The position numbers were made by a program, and so were the translations under genes. Below the pieces are notes generated by a model, which worked only from the letters and a program-made list of their open reading frames with translations, had not been told where the DNA came from and ran no database searches. DNA of 64,000 bases, from assembly GCA_964234715.1 (NCBI GenBank), contig OZ174281.1. The stretch is one strand, 5' to 3'. Below are positions 1-12,584 of the stretch, piece after piece. How positions within the stretch are numbered: the first letter of the stretch is position 1; every line of letters begins with the position of its first letter. Origin of the DNA: Podarcis melisellensis. Taxonomy: Eukaryota.

Positions 1-3000
1 TCTTTACTTCTGACGACTTATATTGTCACTTGCTTTCTTTCTTAGTTAAATAAAGGAATAGTGGCACTGCCATTTCTGCTACCCACCTTAGGTGAAAATG
101 GCGTGCACTTGTGGGTCCCAACCACTAGCTGAATATCTGTGTCTTAGGAGTATTTTATTTTATTCCTTAAATTTGTATACCGCCCTATATCTGTATATCT
201 GAAGGTAGTTCACAGACAGTACAGGGCATCTCATTTGATAACTACGACTACTTGACCCTGCCTGATATGATGTTCTCAGTTGCTTATTGGATATTATTCA
301 TTAAATTTTCTTTTAAATGTAAAATCATGTATTGTGGGTCCTTTTGAATGGCATCTTCTGAAACTGATGATTGGAGCTTCTGGGGGATTGCAAGAACAAT
401 GTATAGCTCAAGTAATAAGATTCCGTTAAAAAAAAAAAGTGCATTGTCGCTAAGTAGCTTTTAAAAGAAATCCTGTTTCCCAGCTGGAAGATCCAAGGAA
501 CAAATACATATTAAAATAGATACTGTGGACAATTTTAAGGGAGGCAGAACAAATACAACCAACTGATGTTGAAACGTTCAGATAGAAGCAATATACTGAA
601 ATTCTGTGGTCAGCATTGCCAATGCCCCCAGTCTGAAAAATATGGTGTTTCACATGTACTAACAGTGCGTTGCTGCATAGTGAAATATTACTCTGAAATC
701 TGTTTACGCTCATTTAATTTAGCTGTGCCATGGTACTGATCAACACGATGTGAAAATGTCATTCTTCTTTCTTGAAGTATCAGGGCTCCTGCTGACTTTC
801 AGTTTTGCATGTGGGTGAAAGGAATGTGTGCCTTTGAAAAGCTTTTTTTATTAGAATGTGCTAATGAAGCTTTAGGGCTCTCAACATTGGATAAGATAAT
901 CCATCATATTTGTGGGTGTGAGCATGACCATGCATATCTCTGACTATTTTTTGCATTTTATAAGGGTTGACTTCATCCCTGCTCCCCTTTTGTAAGGGCT
1001 CCTAAGGCTTCTGCCAGTTAGACTCCAGACAGCTAACAGCAACTATGGGAGTGATACTGATAACGGAAACTCTGGTAAATGACATTTCAGGAACCGTGTT
1101 GTGTGCTCAGACTTAATATGAGCAAGAGGATTTCTGAAAAGATGTTTAGAGGAGATATTTTCATGCCTTCTACAAATAGTTCCAGCACATAGTAATTCCA
1201 TCATATGCTTCCACCACACCAATACACTTGTACTAACCTCATTGATTTACATTGGTCCAGCAATACACAGTTAAAGCTTGTCCAACATCTGCATGCTTAT
1301 TTGAGAATCCCTGTGGCAGATAGATTCATCACAATATAGCAGCTCCATCCCAGGTGTAGGAGCTCTACATGGACTTCCCATTTGCTGCTCTTCCCTTACC
1401 CCAGGGTAAGGAAAATGGGTGCCAGAATCCTGTGTGTGCGCTAGAATGCACATAGTGCTGTGGATCAAGAATTTGTCTCCTAAAGCATTTATTTCCTATA
1501 GCTACATCTATAAAAACCTGATGCAAAGAAGTCTTTTAATAGACCATTTTTTTCGCAGTCAAGAAGAGACTGGGGAGAAATAAAACAACACATATATGGC
1601 TCAAGTAGTCTGATCTAGCAAAAACTTGGTTCTTGAGGTTTATAACTTTTTGACAGGTTCAGGAGAAAAGTTTGCTTTTAGTGTATTGCAGCCTGCTTCT
1701 ATTGCATGTACTAACAGGCTACAGTTAGTTGATTCTGTTTAGAACAAGCATTTCCATCAGCCTTTGCATAATTTCACACTAATAATGTGGCTGCCCTACA
1801 TTAGCTGTTCAATTGCACAATAAATCACTTGTTTCATGTGTGTCCTCTGTTTCTGGTGGCTTACCAAATGTGTTATGCATCAAGTCCCCGCAGTTATGAA
1901 GACCTTGAGACTATCATTAGTTTTCATTTTCCTTCGTTGACACAGACACAATTTAGTCTTCTTCACAGAGATGTTGTTGCATGAGTGTAATAGGCTTTAA
2001 CAGTTTATGACTTTTGATGTACTGTTTCTGTTTGAGATTAAGGCAACATTTTCATTTTGAAAGCTTGGGTGTTTTTCCTCCTTCCCTTTTAAATGCACAC
2101 ATTTATTAGACACCTTTTCAGCCTTCAAAGATAACAGTGATTTGTGTTTTGCCTCTTTATATGTGTTAATTTCATAAGAATAGCTGTGTTTCAGATATTT
2201 TTGAGAAGCAAAGATGAAATAAACTCTCCAGGCCAGTACTGAAATGTTTGCCTTAGCATCATCATAATCACCATTGCTTATTTGTAGGCCACTTTTCCAT
2301 GGTAAACCATGCTCAAAGCATGTCACAGCATTAGAAAAATGTGCATAATAAAACATAACATTCAAGTATAAGGCACCAATTACAAGGCATAGCAAATCTC
2401 AATAATCATACAGATGTTAATAGGCTAATCAAAATATCTTATCTTAATAAATATACAATAAGATCAAACAATTAACTAATTCATAATAAGGCATATCCTA
2501 CGAGAACACAATCCAAATAGCAGGAAAAATAATGCATTATCTTAAAAACTAAATGTTTTCCCCACCAACCGCTAAACTAAAGCCCACCCTGATGGCTTCT
2601 AGGCATCTTGAGCAGCCTTTATAGCTGAAGTCAGTCAGCTGCACTGTGATGTTTCACTTGGAGAATAACTGTGATTCAAACATGAATTGCATTTACAATA
2701 ATAACTTGATAATGATGACAAAATCAGTCTTTAGTGTTGTTACTTTGGAATTGGTATTTAATGTAGTTCCACTTAAGGGCATTCCAATTTAAAACTTTAC
2801 TCTTCATATTTTTCAAACTTACTTTGAAGTTGCCTTATAAATATTCAGGGTGTGTGTGTTCTTAAATCTAACATTGTTTCATACGTATAGGCTCAAATGC
2901 TGTTCCTTTGGAGGAATAAAATCTGTGAATGCATAAAAAATCAGGTAGAGGTGAGGGAGTTTCCCAGTACTTCCCATTATAGGTCTTAATATTGTATCTG

Positions 3001-3659
3001 TGGTAAATGAAAAATAAAACTGTTTGAATGGAGATACACTAAGTAGGCAATCCATAATTCTCCTCTTCCAGTTTGTCTAGCTACTCCAAAGAGGAATACA
3101 CCTGGAAATGTTACCGCTCTTAGCATCCTGAGATGAATGATTTGCTCTTAGTTAAAAGGCAAAAAGCAAGCATTAAACAGCTTGCTTCTCCAGATGTTTT
3201 GCTACCCTAGGTAGTTACCTGCCTCAGCTCGGCCCTGCAGCAGGTTGGATTGTTTTTGAGTCATTTGTATTTCCCACATTGTTTGCTGTTCCCAGTACTT
3301 TGCATTGTCACTGATAAATACATTTTGAGTATCCCCCCCCCCATTAAATCAAGAAATCAGGTACTTTAAAGAAAATATTTTTCTGTAATCTAGTGTAATG
3401 ACTGTAATTGTCTATGCTAAGTAGTAAAAAAAAACTTCTCTGGACACTAAGTGTCCCATTTTCATGAAATTGGGACGTGGCAGAGACAGCAATAGCAAAT
3501 ATTAAACTCAATATACAACTACTGTTTACAGCTTTTATCAAAACACACAAACAGAATGCCTTGAATTTGTTGCAATACAATATTATTGTTACTATAACTT
3601 TTCAGAAATAGTGTGGAATATTTGCAACTTGTGCAAACAGCTGCTTCCAGGAGAGTTAC

Positions 3660-3763
3660 TGTGCCTAATGTGTTTAATTTGTTGAAAGCTGCCCAGAGTG
3701 GCTGGGGCAACCCAGTCAGATGTAGAGCATATAAATAAAGTATTATTACTGTTATTATTATTA
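3660..3763 (+). mobile_element. L2-like 3' tail
   Basis: aagctgcccagagtggctggggcaacccagtcagatg...tataaataaa followed by (TTA)n. Confidence 0.6.
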
Positions 3764-4128
3764 TTCACACACCGCACTAAGTCAAACCTTGGCTCAGTGC
3801 AAACGTGGGGTCTCCTGGAGAGGAGCTTACAGCCACCTTGGGCTTCCGCCAGTCATTCTAGTTGCTGTGCTGAACCAAGCCAAGGCTTGACTTCAAATGT
3901 TGTCCAAACCTCGGATCGCTCTCCAGACAAGCCCTGGAGCTGTAACCAAGGTATGTTTTTGGTCACCATTTGTGGCTAGTCTGCAGAGAGCGTAACCATA
4001 AGCCTGGGTTCAGATGATAAACCTTTCTGTATCTCTTCATGGTGCAACAGAAGAGAACCAGGGAAGAGCAAAGCCACTGCGAGCTCCTCTCCAGAAGCTT
4101 GTACACTAAGCCAAATTTTGCCTTAGAG

Positions 4129-4303
4129 CAGTAGTTCCCTATTGGTGGTCTGCAGACCCCAGGGGTTCCATGAAACCCACACAAGGGGTCTGTGGAACCA
4201 TTCACATAACAAAAACTACCATAGAAATATCAGAATTTTCAGAAGTAGGGAATTCATGGCTTTGCTTTTGAAAAACGGAGTATGTAGGTAATTGTAACCA
4301 CTG
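4129..4303. mobile_element. hAT MITE, degraded
   Basis: CAGTAGTT...AACCACTG termini with similar 8-bp flanks CCTTAGAG / GCTTAGAC. Confidence 0.65.
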
Positions 4304-5709
4304 GCTTAGACAGTTGTACAAATGCTGGGGAGAGTTCCATTCCTTTTCCAGCTACCTAAACAATAATGTTACATTGCTGGAGTAGACCGTATGGATTGTG
4401 TTTGCTCGAGAATGGAATGGCTGCTTCTGCCCTCAAGTGGGTGTCTTGTTATATATCTGTATGAGGCATGAATAATAATGGCCAAATAGAGTCATTGTGG
4501 AGGTTTATGAGAATTGCATCCTTGGGAGATGCAATTCCCCCAGGGGCGCCTAGTTGTTCCAGAAGTGCTTATGGGTTTGGAGAGGGCTCTTGATGTTTTC
4601 TTCACTGGAGCAAGGCACAGTGCCCCCCTGTACATCAGCTGATGGGTAGCAGAAGCAAACCTTGCTCAAGGAGGAAGAAGTGGATTCCAGTCAATGTAAA
4701 CTGCTTTTCCCTCCCTGCACAGCTCTTTGAAACAGCCCCGTTAGCCCATGGGCATAGCCAGAGGGGCAGAGGGCAGCTGCCTCCCTAAATCAAGGAAATA
4801 AATAAAAACACTTAACTAACTGATGTGGAGCAGTTTGCAAAGGGCTCAGTTTAGCTGCCAATGCCTGTTCCCTCTTGGGAGCACAGGTACGCAGCCAAAG
4901 CAGTCAGCCGCTCCCAAGTATGAGGCAAGGGGAAGCGAGAACTTTAGTCTTCTCCCTGACCTCCTCCCCCTTGCTTGGGGGAAAATTGGGATGCTTGCTT
5001 TGGCTGCACATGTTTCAGAGAGCACATTTGGCCCATGAGGAAGATCCTCATAAGGATCTGGCCAGTGGAGCAAAAAAGCTTCCCCACCCCTCTTGTAAAG
5101 TGCATGATGGTTGCATGTTCAAAAAAATTTTTTTCTACTTTCCTCGGAAAAGCAAATTCTTGTTAATGAAATGACTAAGTGTTGGCTTATCAAAACACCT
5201 ATGCATATATATAAGACAGCCGAGTCACTGTGCTTTCTAAGGGGAAAAAACATCCACTGTTGGCAAACCAACCATTTTATTTCCAATAGCCAGTCTTCAA
5301 ACACAGCTAATTTTAGATCAGCTATGTACTTTAGATAAATTACGTTTTATTTCTGCTGCTGCCCTTTGCTTTTTCAGTCCCACACTCAGTTGATGCATAT
5401 GCTTTTTTTCAGGCTGCAGCTTACTTGTATTTCCCATGTTGTCTTGTTTTGTTGCCCATATGGCATATGTTTATGACAACTGTGTGATGAATTGTTGTAT
5501 GCAGGTATTGCCTTGCACCACCGTAAGACATTTCCTGCTGGGTTTTCCTGTGAATGTATGAATAATTAAATCCTCTTTCATTTAACGGAATATAAGTAGA
5601 TATAAAATACTTAGCATTTGTGTGCTGATATTGGATGAAGGCTGTTATTGCATGTTGGATGTGGTGTTTCAATAAGTTCTTCACACAAGGTGTGAGTCTG
5701 GCTCATAAT

Positions 5710-6049
5710 GGTAAAGGTAAAGGGAACCCTGATTATTAGGTCCAGTCGTGACCGACTCTGGGGTTGCGGCACTCATCTCGCTTTATTGGCCGAGGGAGCT
5801 GGCGTACATGTGGCCAGCATGACTAAGCCGCTTCTGGTGAACCAGAGCAGTGCACGGAAACGCCGTTTACCTTCCCACCGGAGTGGTATCTATTTATCTA
5901 CTTGCACTTCGACATGCTTTCGAACTGCTAGGTGGGCAGGAGCAGGGACCAAGCAATGGGAGTGCACCCCGTCTGGGATTCGAACCACCGACCTTCTGAT
6001 TGGCACGTCCTAGGCTCTGTGGTTTAACCCACAGTGCCACCCACGTCCC
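5710..6049 (-). mobile_element. Sauria SINE (Squam1 type), near full length
   Basis: Reverse complement reads GGGACGTGGGTGGCACTGTGGG...GGTTCGAATCCC (B box)...CCCTTTACCTTTACC tail; flanked by the 11-bp direct repeat AGTCTGGCTCA (5695-5705, 6052-6062). Confidence 0.93.
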
Positions 6050-7800
6050 TTAGTCTGGCTCAAAGCAAGCATCAAAGCTGCATTAGAAAGCAGGAAGAAT
6101 AGCCCCCCTCCCTCCTCAACTTATCCTCCTCCCCACAGAGTAGCATTCAACTCAGTTTTATTCAAAGTAAACCTGTTGAAATTTATGGACATAACTTGGT
6201 CATATTCATTATTTCAATAGGTCTGTACTAATAACATTGAGTTGAATAGCACACATTATATTTACATGTATGTAGGTTAATTCTACACTTTACGCTGCTG
6301 CATACTGGGATGGGAAGGGCTGAGATTGGCACTAGGAGGAGAGAAGAGAATCTAGCTATATCAGTGGTACTAGTGGACGGCATGGTGGGCTGCACCACTC
6401 CTCTGACCTCCTTCCAGTTGAGTCAGTGCTATATATTGGGAGGCAGGGGTGCCAACTTGAATAAGATTTTTTTTGGGGGGGGGCAGGTAAGCCCCAGCCT
6501 GCATAATCAATCACAAGATGTGGTGCACACATACCATTTGAATGGTAATGCCCATCAACGTCATTGGAGTGGCTGAAGGGGTGAGGTTGTGTGGCTTCTT
6601 ATAGCAGGTTTGCACCACACAACTTCACCACCGCCTCGCCCCTCTTCCTCCCAGCATAGGAGCCAGTTCCTGGGGGCCGAGGTTCCTTTGGTCACCCCAA
6701 TAAAGTTGATGGGCATTACCATTCTATTAATATTCCATTAATGAGGTTAACAGTTACGCATTGATCTTGCAAGGAAGCTAAGCAGATTTAAATGTCTCCA
6801 TTGATAGATCTGACATTGTTCTTGGCTAGCCAGCTAAGTTAAAAATGAGGAAATGAAGGAAAAAGGAAAATAAAAAGCAGAAATACCTTGGTAATATATC
6901 TCAAGTGATCTATGTGTATTTTCTTTGCCTTTAAATAGTTTGTGTTATTTTGAATTGTCCTCACACTGGGAAACCATTATTATTATCTTATTTATTTAGA
7001 GCATTTGTACCCAGCTCTTCAGCAAAAAAAGGCTCCCATAGCAGCTTACATACAATCAATTAAAAAGAAGACAATCTAGACTTACAATCCAAAAAAAACC
7101 CCACAATACCCAAGGGAAAAGAGACTGGGGGAAAAAGGAATATTATGAGTGTAGCCTAATTTTCCAACTGTAAAATCGGTGTTCATTTTCGTGTATTCAT
7201 TATCCACCAGGTGTGACTTTAAAAACTCAGAATCCGAATGCAGTGTCTCTTTAAAAGAACGGAATAAAGTGAAACAGCATCTCATAAGTTTAAACATAGG
7301 CTTGGCTTTTAGTAAGTAGATTGGCATGGCTTGTATTCTAACTGCCATGCAGATGGTATCATCAATTTGCTGAAATGGTGGTGGAAGAGTTCAGTTGTTT
7401 TAGCTGCCAGTGCTGAATTTCAGGCTCTCAGCGACTGATAGCAGGTTGTCATTTCATGCTTTGCAGTTTTGTTCTAAGCTGCAATTCTGTATATTGTTTC
7501 AGTGACTGAGTTTATTCTGTCTTCCAGAAAGTGTTCTGTATGCATATAAAATGCATCTTGTTAGAAATTGGACAACACTTCATGCATTGGATAAGAAAAT
7601 TCTAACATGAATAATTTCAAAAGTTATAAAGATACAATATGAAACTCCTTCCTGAGTCTAGTTTTCCCAGATGCTACATTTAGACTGCTGGATACAAGAT
7701 GGTAATAATTGCCCCCAAAGAGAAAGGTTTATATCAGTAGGTACTGCAGTAAGATGTGCAAGGCAATTATTTCTTTTGTGTATACAAACTAAAGTCCTCT

Positions 7801-7938
7801 AGGTTCGTAGAGCATGAGACTCTTAATCTCAAGGTTGCGAGTTCTAGCTCAGGTTGGGCAAACATTTCCTGCATTGCAGGGGGTTGGACCAGATGACCCT
7901 CAAGGTCCCTTCCAACTCTATAATTCTATGAGTCTGTG
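7801..7938 (+). mobile_element. tRNA-Lys-headed CR1-tailed SINE, 5'-degraded copy
   Basis: GTAGAGCATGAGACTCTTAATCTC, then CCTGCATTGCAGGGGGTTGGACCAGATGACCCTCAAGGTCCCTTCCAACTCTATAATTCTATG. Confidence 0.85.
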
Positions 7939-8140
7939 TTGCTGAATCACAATTCTCACCATCACTGGCCATTGGCTATGCTTGCTAGAGTTGATAGAAG
8001 TCATACTTCAGCAACATCTGGAGAGCCAAAGGTTCCCAACTCCTACTGTAAACAATTAGAGTTTGTAAATGTTTGCATAGTTCTGTTGCAGCAAAATGGT
8101 CAAGATCCATGTTCTCAGTTTTGATATTACTTCTATTGAT

Positions 8141-8600
8141 GCGGCCAAGTGGAGTAGCAGCGATGCTCGTGCATAGCTGGCTGCAGACTCCATGTGGCAC
8201 AAACAGACCACCCATCAGCTATAGGGTGGGCTCAGTGGGAGGAGGCAAGCGGGAGGCCCTGATGGAAAGGCGTGGAGGGGTTAAATTTCTTCGATTGCCG
8301 CAGCCAACTGGAGCGGCGGTGCCAATCGTGCAGAGCCACCGCCTGGACTCTGCGTGGCACAAACGGACCACCTTCAGCCTCCCTCCCAGCTGTAGGGCAG
8401 GCTGAGTGGGAGAAGGCAAGCAGACTGCAGAGGCCCCGTGGCTTGCCCCTGCGAGGAGCTGCAACTGCCAGAGCATGTATGGCGGCAAGTACCATATTTA
8501 TTTATATCTTTAATTCCTATATTCTATGTATAAGATGACCCACATTTTTAAATTTAAAAAACTGGGGAGAAACCCTCATCTTACACACAGAAAAATAGGG
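8141..8600. mobile_element. Non-autonomous pogo/Tc2-like DNA transposon remnant with a GC-rich internal tandem duplication
   Basis: Two diverged ~160-bp GC-rich units (from 8141 and 8300) and a terminus catcttacacacagaaaaataggg|ta resembling the reverse complement of a CCGTATTTTTC..GTATAAGACG TIR. Confidence 0.55.
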
Positions 8601-10882
8601 TATATTGTTCTTCTTTAAATAATTGCATGCACATGGGAACCTACTTCTTACTGGGAAGGCATTGCTCCTTATAATTATTATAGGGAAAACAAGAAACATT
8701 GCTGCACACTATGCAATTCAATAAACACTTAGTTTGGTCCAGAGGGTTTTTGTTAGGAGACTGATGTCCAGACTCTGTACTCAGTATGTTAATGTGATGA
8801 GGGTAACTGGGCTGGGGACAGTGAGGAAAAGAGCTGTGTATTGGATGAATTCACCACTGTGCTGCACAGAAAGCCAAGTGCTGCATTGTTCTCCTTTCTC
8901 TCTGACAGTATTAGAACTGTGATATTGTTAGCATTCATCTGCCTCGAGAGACAGTGGAACACATCTTGTACAGGGAATAGGTTCAGTGGGTAAGACATAC
9001 TGTGTGTATAGTCAAAATTACCTTAAATTTCCCATAATTTACACTCCCCTTCCGAATGACCTGTTGTTGGGGAGGGGACCTGGAGCTCCAAGGAGTCTTC
9101 TGGGTGCAAGAGGCAGCTCCTGCTTTGGCCAGTGGAGGAGAGAGAAGGACTTTCCCTCTGTGTCCTCCAGCCAGTGGCACCATGGTAAAAGCTGGTGATG
9201 ATGTGGAGGCCTCTTCCACATGTGAGCAACAATTGGAATCCAGGAGAGAATAAAAAACAAGGGAGGGGGAGGCAGAGAGAGATGAAGGTGAGCAGGTTGA
9301 ATTTAGGTTGCAAGAAGGATATGCCACTTCCCATCTTTCTGGGAGCTTACTGGTTTTGGAGAAGATTATTATAAGTTGTGTATCATAATGTAATGTCGGA
9401 AGCAAACAGGTTTCTGGTTCTTTCCATATCTCTAAAATAAGAGATTTTGCTGAGAAACATTATTTGACGTTGTGAGGTGTGAAGCATATGTCATGGCTTG
9501 CGACTGAGGACATTCGGCAGTTAGTCGTTGTAAAGTTAACTCTGGATTGTTACTGAATGCATTAATGAAATCTATTTATGAGTCACATCATATTGGAGGC
9601 CCTCATTGTAGTGCATGTATTATATCCAGTGATCTCCAAATTCATGTAATTTGTTCTCTCTGCAATGGATTCCTCAAAGGTAATATTCTACTCTTGCCCT
9701 TAAGGCTTTTCTAAAAGTAGAATTTTCATTCTACTATAATCAATCAAGCCTCTTGCCATTTCCCCCCGTTATCTCAATCTAGCACAGGTTGAATATCAAG
9801 TGCAGTATTTTGTATTTTTCATTTAGCTAGGACTACTGGAAAGTCCCGGGCAAAAAACTTGCTTGATTTATCACAGGAAACAAATATACCTATATATCAA
9901 ACTGTCTGCTCATTTCCTTTTTTCTCCTTCTTCAGTGCTATACTAAAATTTGATGGTTGAATTAAAGTGATTCAGTCAGGACTACAGAAGACTGTTTCCT
10001 AAGTAGGGTGCTACCTGGAACACATTGCATAAATTTGCACAGCACTGTTTTGGCACTGTGTTTTAAAATATGTCTAAATTTGTGCTGACATTGTAACATG
10101 AGAGGCTCCTTAGCTGAATGCTATAACATTTGCATCTTTTTTTCATTTATTTGTACTTCAACTCCAGACATCTTCCTTCCCTTTTGCATTATCATATGTA
10201 TTTCTGCTGTGTAGCTTTTGTACTCATGTGTATTTCAACAAGAAGGTAGTTCTATCCAATACTTTGATTGCCAGAACATCTTTTTGTTTTAATTTAGGTT
10301 TTCCTCTTTTTATATTCTGACAAGACGCCTAAAATATGTCTGGCAGAAGTAGAACACTCAAAAGACCATGCTTCTAAACATTATTTTTCAAATGTAGATT
10401 CTTTCAGTCTTTCTTATGGAAATATAATCTGAACTGAAAAAGCTTGCTTCTTTCAAATGGAATGATGATGATTAGGATTTCTTGCTCACTTTATACCATA
10501 ATGTCCTAGGACATATCACAACAATATAAAAACACAATATTAAAATCAGTTGACATCATTTATATCAAAACAATAGGATAAATCCTAAGAATAATAATTT
10601 CAGATATTCAAAGGAGGTGTATCTTCAGCATATAATGAAAGCTATGCAATGATAGCACCAGATCCACTTCTTGTGGAATTTCACAACTGTGGGGTTGCTG
10701 CAGAGAATGGCCTCTTCCAGGCTGCCAATCCCTGAATTTCTGAGTGGACATTAGTTTTGCCCCATGATAGAAAGAATGGTGGAAGTATTTCCATGAGTCC
10801 ACAGAAGCTACACAGTACATGTTTATTCTGAAGTAATTCCCACTGAATTTAATGGGACATTTCCAGGTAAGCATATACTATA

Positions 10883-11111
10883 CAGTCATACCTCATATTA
10901 CAGACACTTCAGGTTACCTGTTTTCTGGTTGCGGACCCCAGGAAACCTGGAAGTACCGGAATGGGTTACTTCCAGGTTTCGCTGCTCGCGCATGCGCAGA
11001 AGCGCCAAATCACGTCAGCGCTTACGCAGTCACAGTGCTTCAAGATGTGAACGCTGCGGGTTGTGGACGTGCCTCCATCACTGATTACGTCCGCAACCCA
11101 AGGTTCCACTG
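10883..11111. mobile_element. Tc1/mariner (Tigger/pogo-like) MITE
   Basis: TA|CAGTCATACCTC...AAGGTTCCACTG|TA: imperfect TIRs with a TA target duplication. Confidence 0.8.
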
Positions 11112-11828
11112 TATAGGATTTCAACCTATGTTATACCCCCCCCCCCAAAAAAAATAACGTGCATTAGACCTTTTCCGAGAGATGAAGGCGTAGACCATCT
11201 CAGGGCCTGGTCCAGCTGGACTTTCTCTTGCCTAACACAGTGATCTTCTGACAGCTTTCCTGATCACATTTATATGTTGATATTGCTTATTGCATGTGAG
11301 TGTGCGGACACACATCTTCAAGTAATTTGATGTTTCCTGTAAGCTGTCTTGAAAGAACTTTTATCCAAAGACAAGCTAAAAATAATTGAAATAAATCTGA
11401 TTTTGGAATTGAGGAAAGATTAAAAAGCAATGTGTGATATGCCATTGCAGCAGGGATGGGGTGCGTAGGAGGGATCATCTGTTCAAAGAAGTAAACAGCA
11501 AACATTTCACCAGTTTTGTGCAAGCAAAATATTTCTTTCAGTTCGGGCCTGGTTTGAAGAGAAGGATTGACTAATATGTCGGTGAGATTGTTGTTTCTTT
11601 CAAAAGCATACTATCTTAATGTGACATGTACAAAGCTCTGTCAAGTTAACATTCAAAGGCCTCTAATTAAAGAGGGGGAAGTTGTGTCTAGTTCAGGCTT
11701 ATCAGTGTTCAGTGATTGTGCTGCGGGTAAATAGAAGGACTTCTCTGTTCACCTTAGTGCTACTCCCTCCCACTAGCTAGAAAATGTGACTTTTCTACCC
11801 AACATCAAGCAAGTTGACTAGAATAGGC

Positions 11829-12101
11829 CAGTGGTGGTGAACCTATAGGACCCGTGCCAGAGAGGGCACTCAGGGCCCTCTCTGTGGGCACATGCGCCAT
11901 CGCCCCAGCAGGGCCTTAGCTTCCATGGCGGGGCTGGGGGAAGAGGAGGGCTTGTGCCATCCAAAGCCTGCAGCACCAGGGCCTGGCAAACAAGCGAGGG
12001 GCTGAGCAGGCATTGGCTTTTGATGTGCCAGGGCTTCCCACTAGTCTGTTTTTCCTACTCAGGAGTAAGCTGCCAGTTTCTGAATGTGCAGAAGGGTTCA
12101 C
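11829..12101 (+). mobile_element. hAT element fragment (CAGTGATGGCGAACCT-type TIR)
   Basis: Starts CAGTGGTGGTGAACCTAT...CGTGCCAGAG..GGCACTCAG; a possible truncated right TIR GGGTTCACC lies near 12093-12101. Confidence 0.55.
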
Positions 12102-12390
12102 CTAGAATAGTTGGTTTCATTAGTAATCTAGAGTCTTTGTTCAGTGGAATGAGGCTCGCAGTCAAAATATTTTTGCTTTTGCCACAGAACAAATAATCTA
12201 TGAAATTTATTCAAACAGCTGTAGAGAATAATATTTAAAAATTAGTGCAATGACTATCTTTTTGCACACAAGTCCCCTGTTTATTTATTTTTTAATGATC
12301 TGCAAATTGTGCATTCCACTGGCAATCTGTTATTTATTTTATTCTGTTGTCACAGGATTTTATTCTGTTGTCACAGGAATATTGCAAGTA

Positions 12391-12584
12391 CAGTGGTACC
12401 TCTGGTTACGAATTTAATTCATTCCAGAGGTCTGTTCTTAAGTCGAAACCGTTCTTAACATGAGGTGGCACTTTTGCTAATCCCAGGGCAAAGTTCGCAA
12501 CCGGGAACATCTACTTCCGGGTTAGTGGAGCTCATAACCCAAAGCGTTTGCAAGGTGGATAGTATGTAACATGAGGTTCCACTG
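12391..12584. mobile_element. Tc1/mariner MITE
   Basis: TA|CAGTGGTACCTC...GAGGTTCCACTG|TA. Confidence 0.85.

Noticed and set aside
12337-12378. 21-bp perfect tandem repeat (similar short duplications near 30713 and 42971)
   Set aside because: Two-copy slippage duplications with no spacers; not an array and no sign of function.
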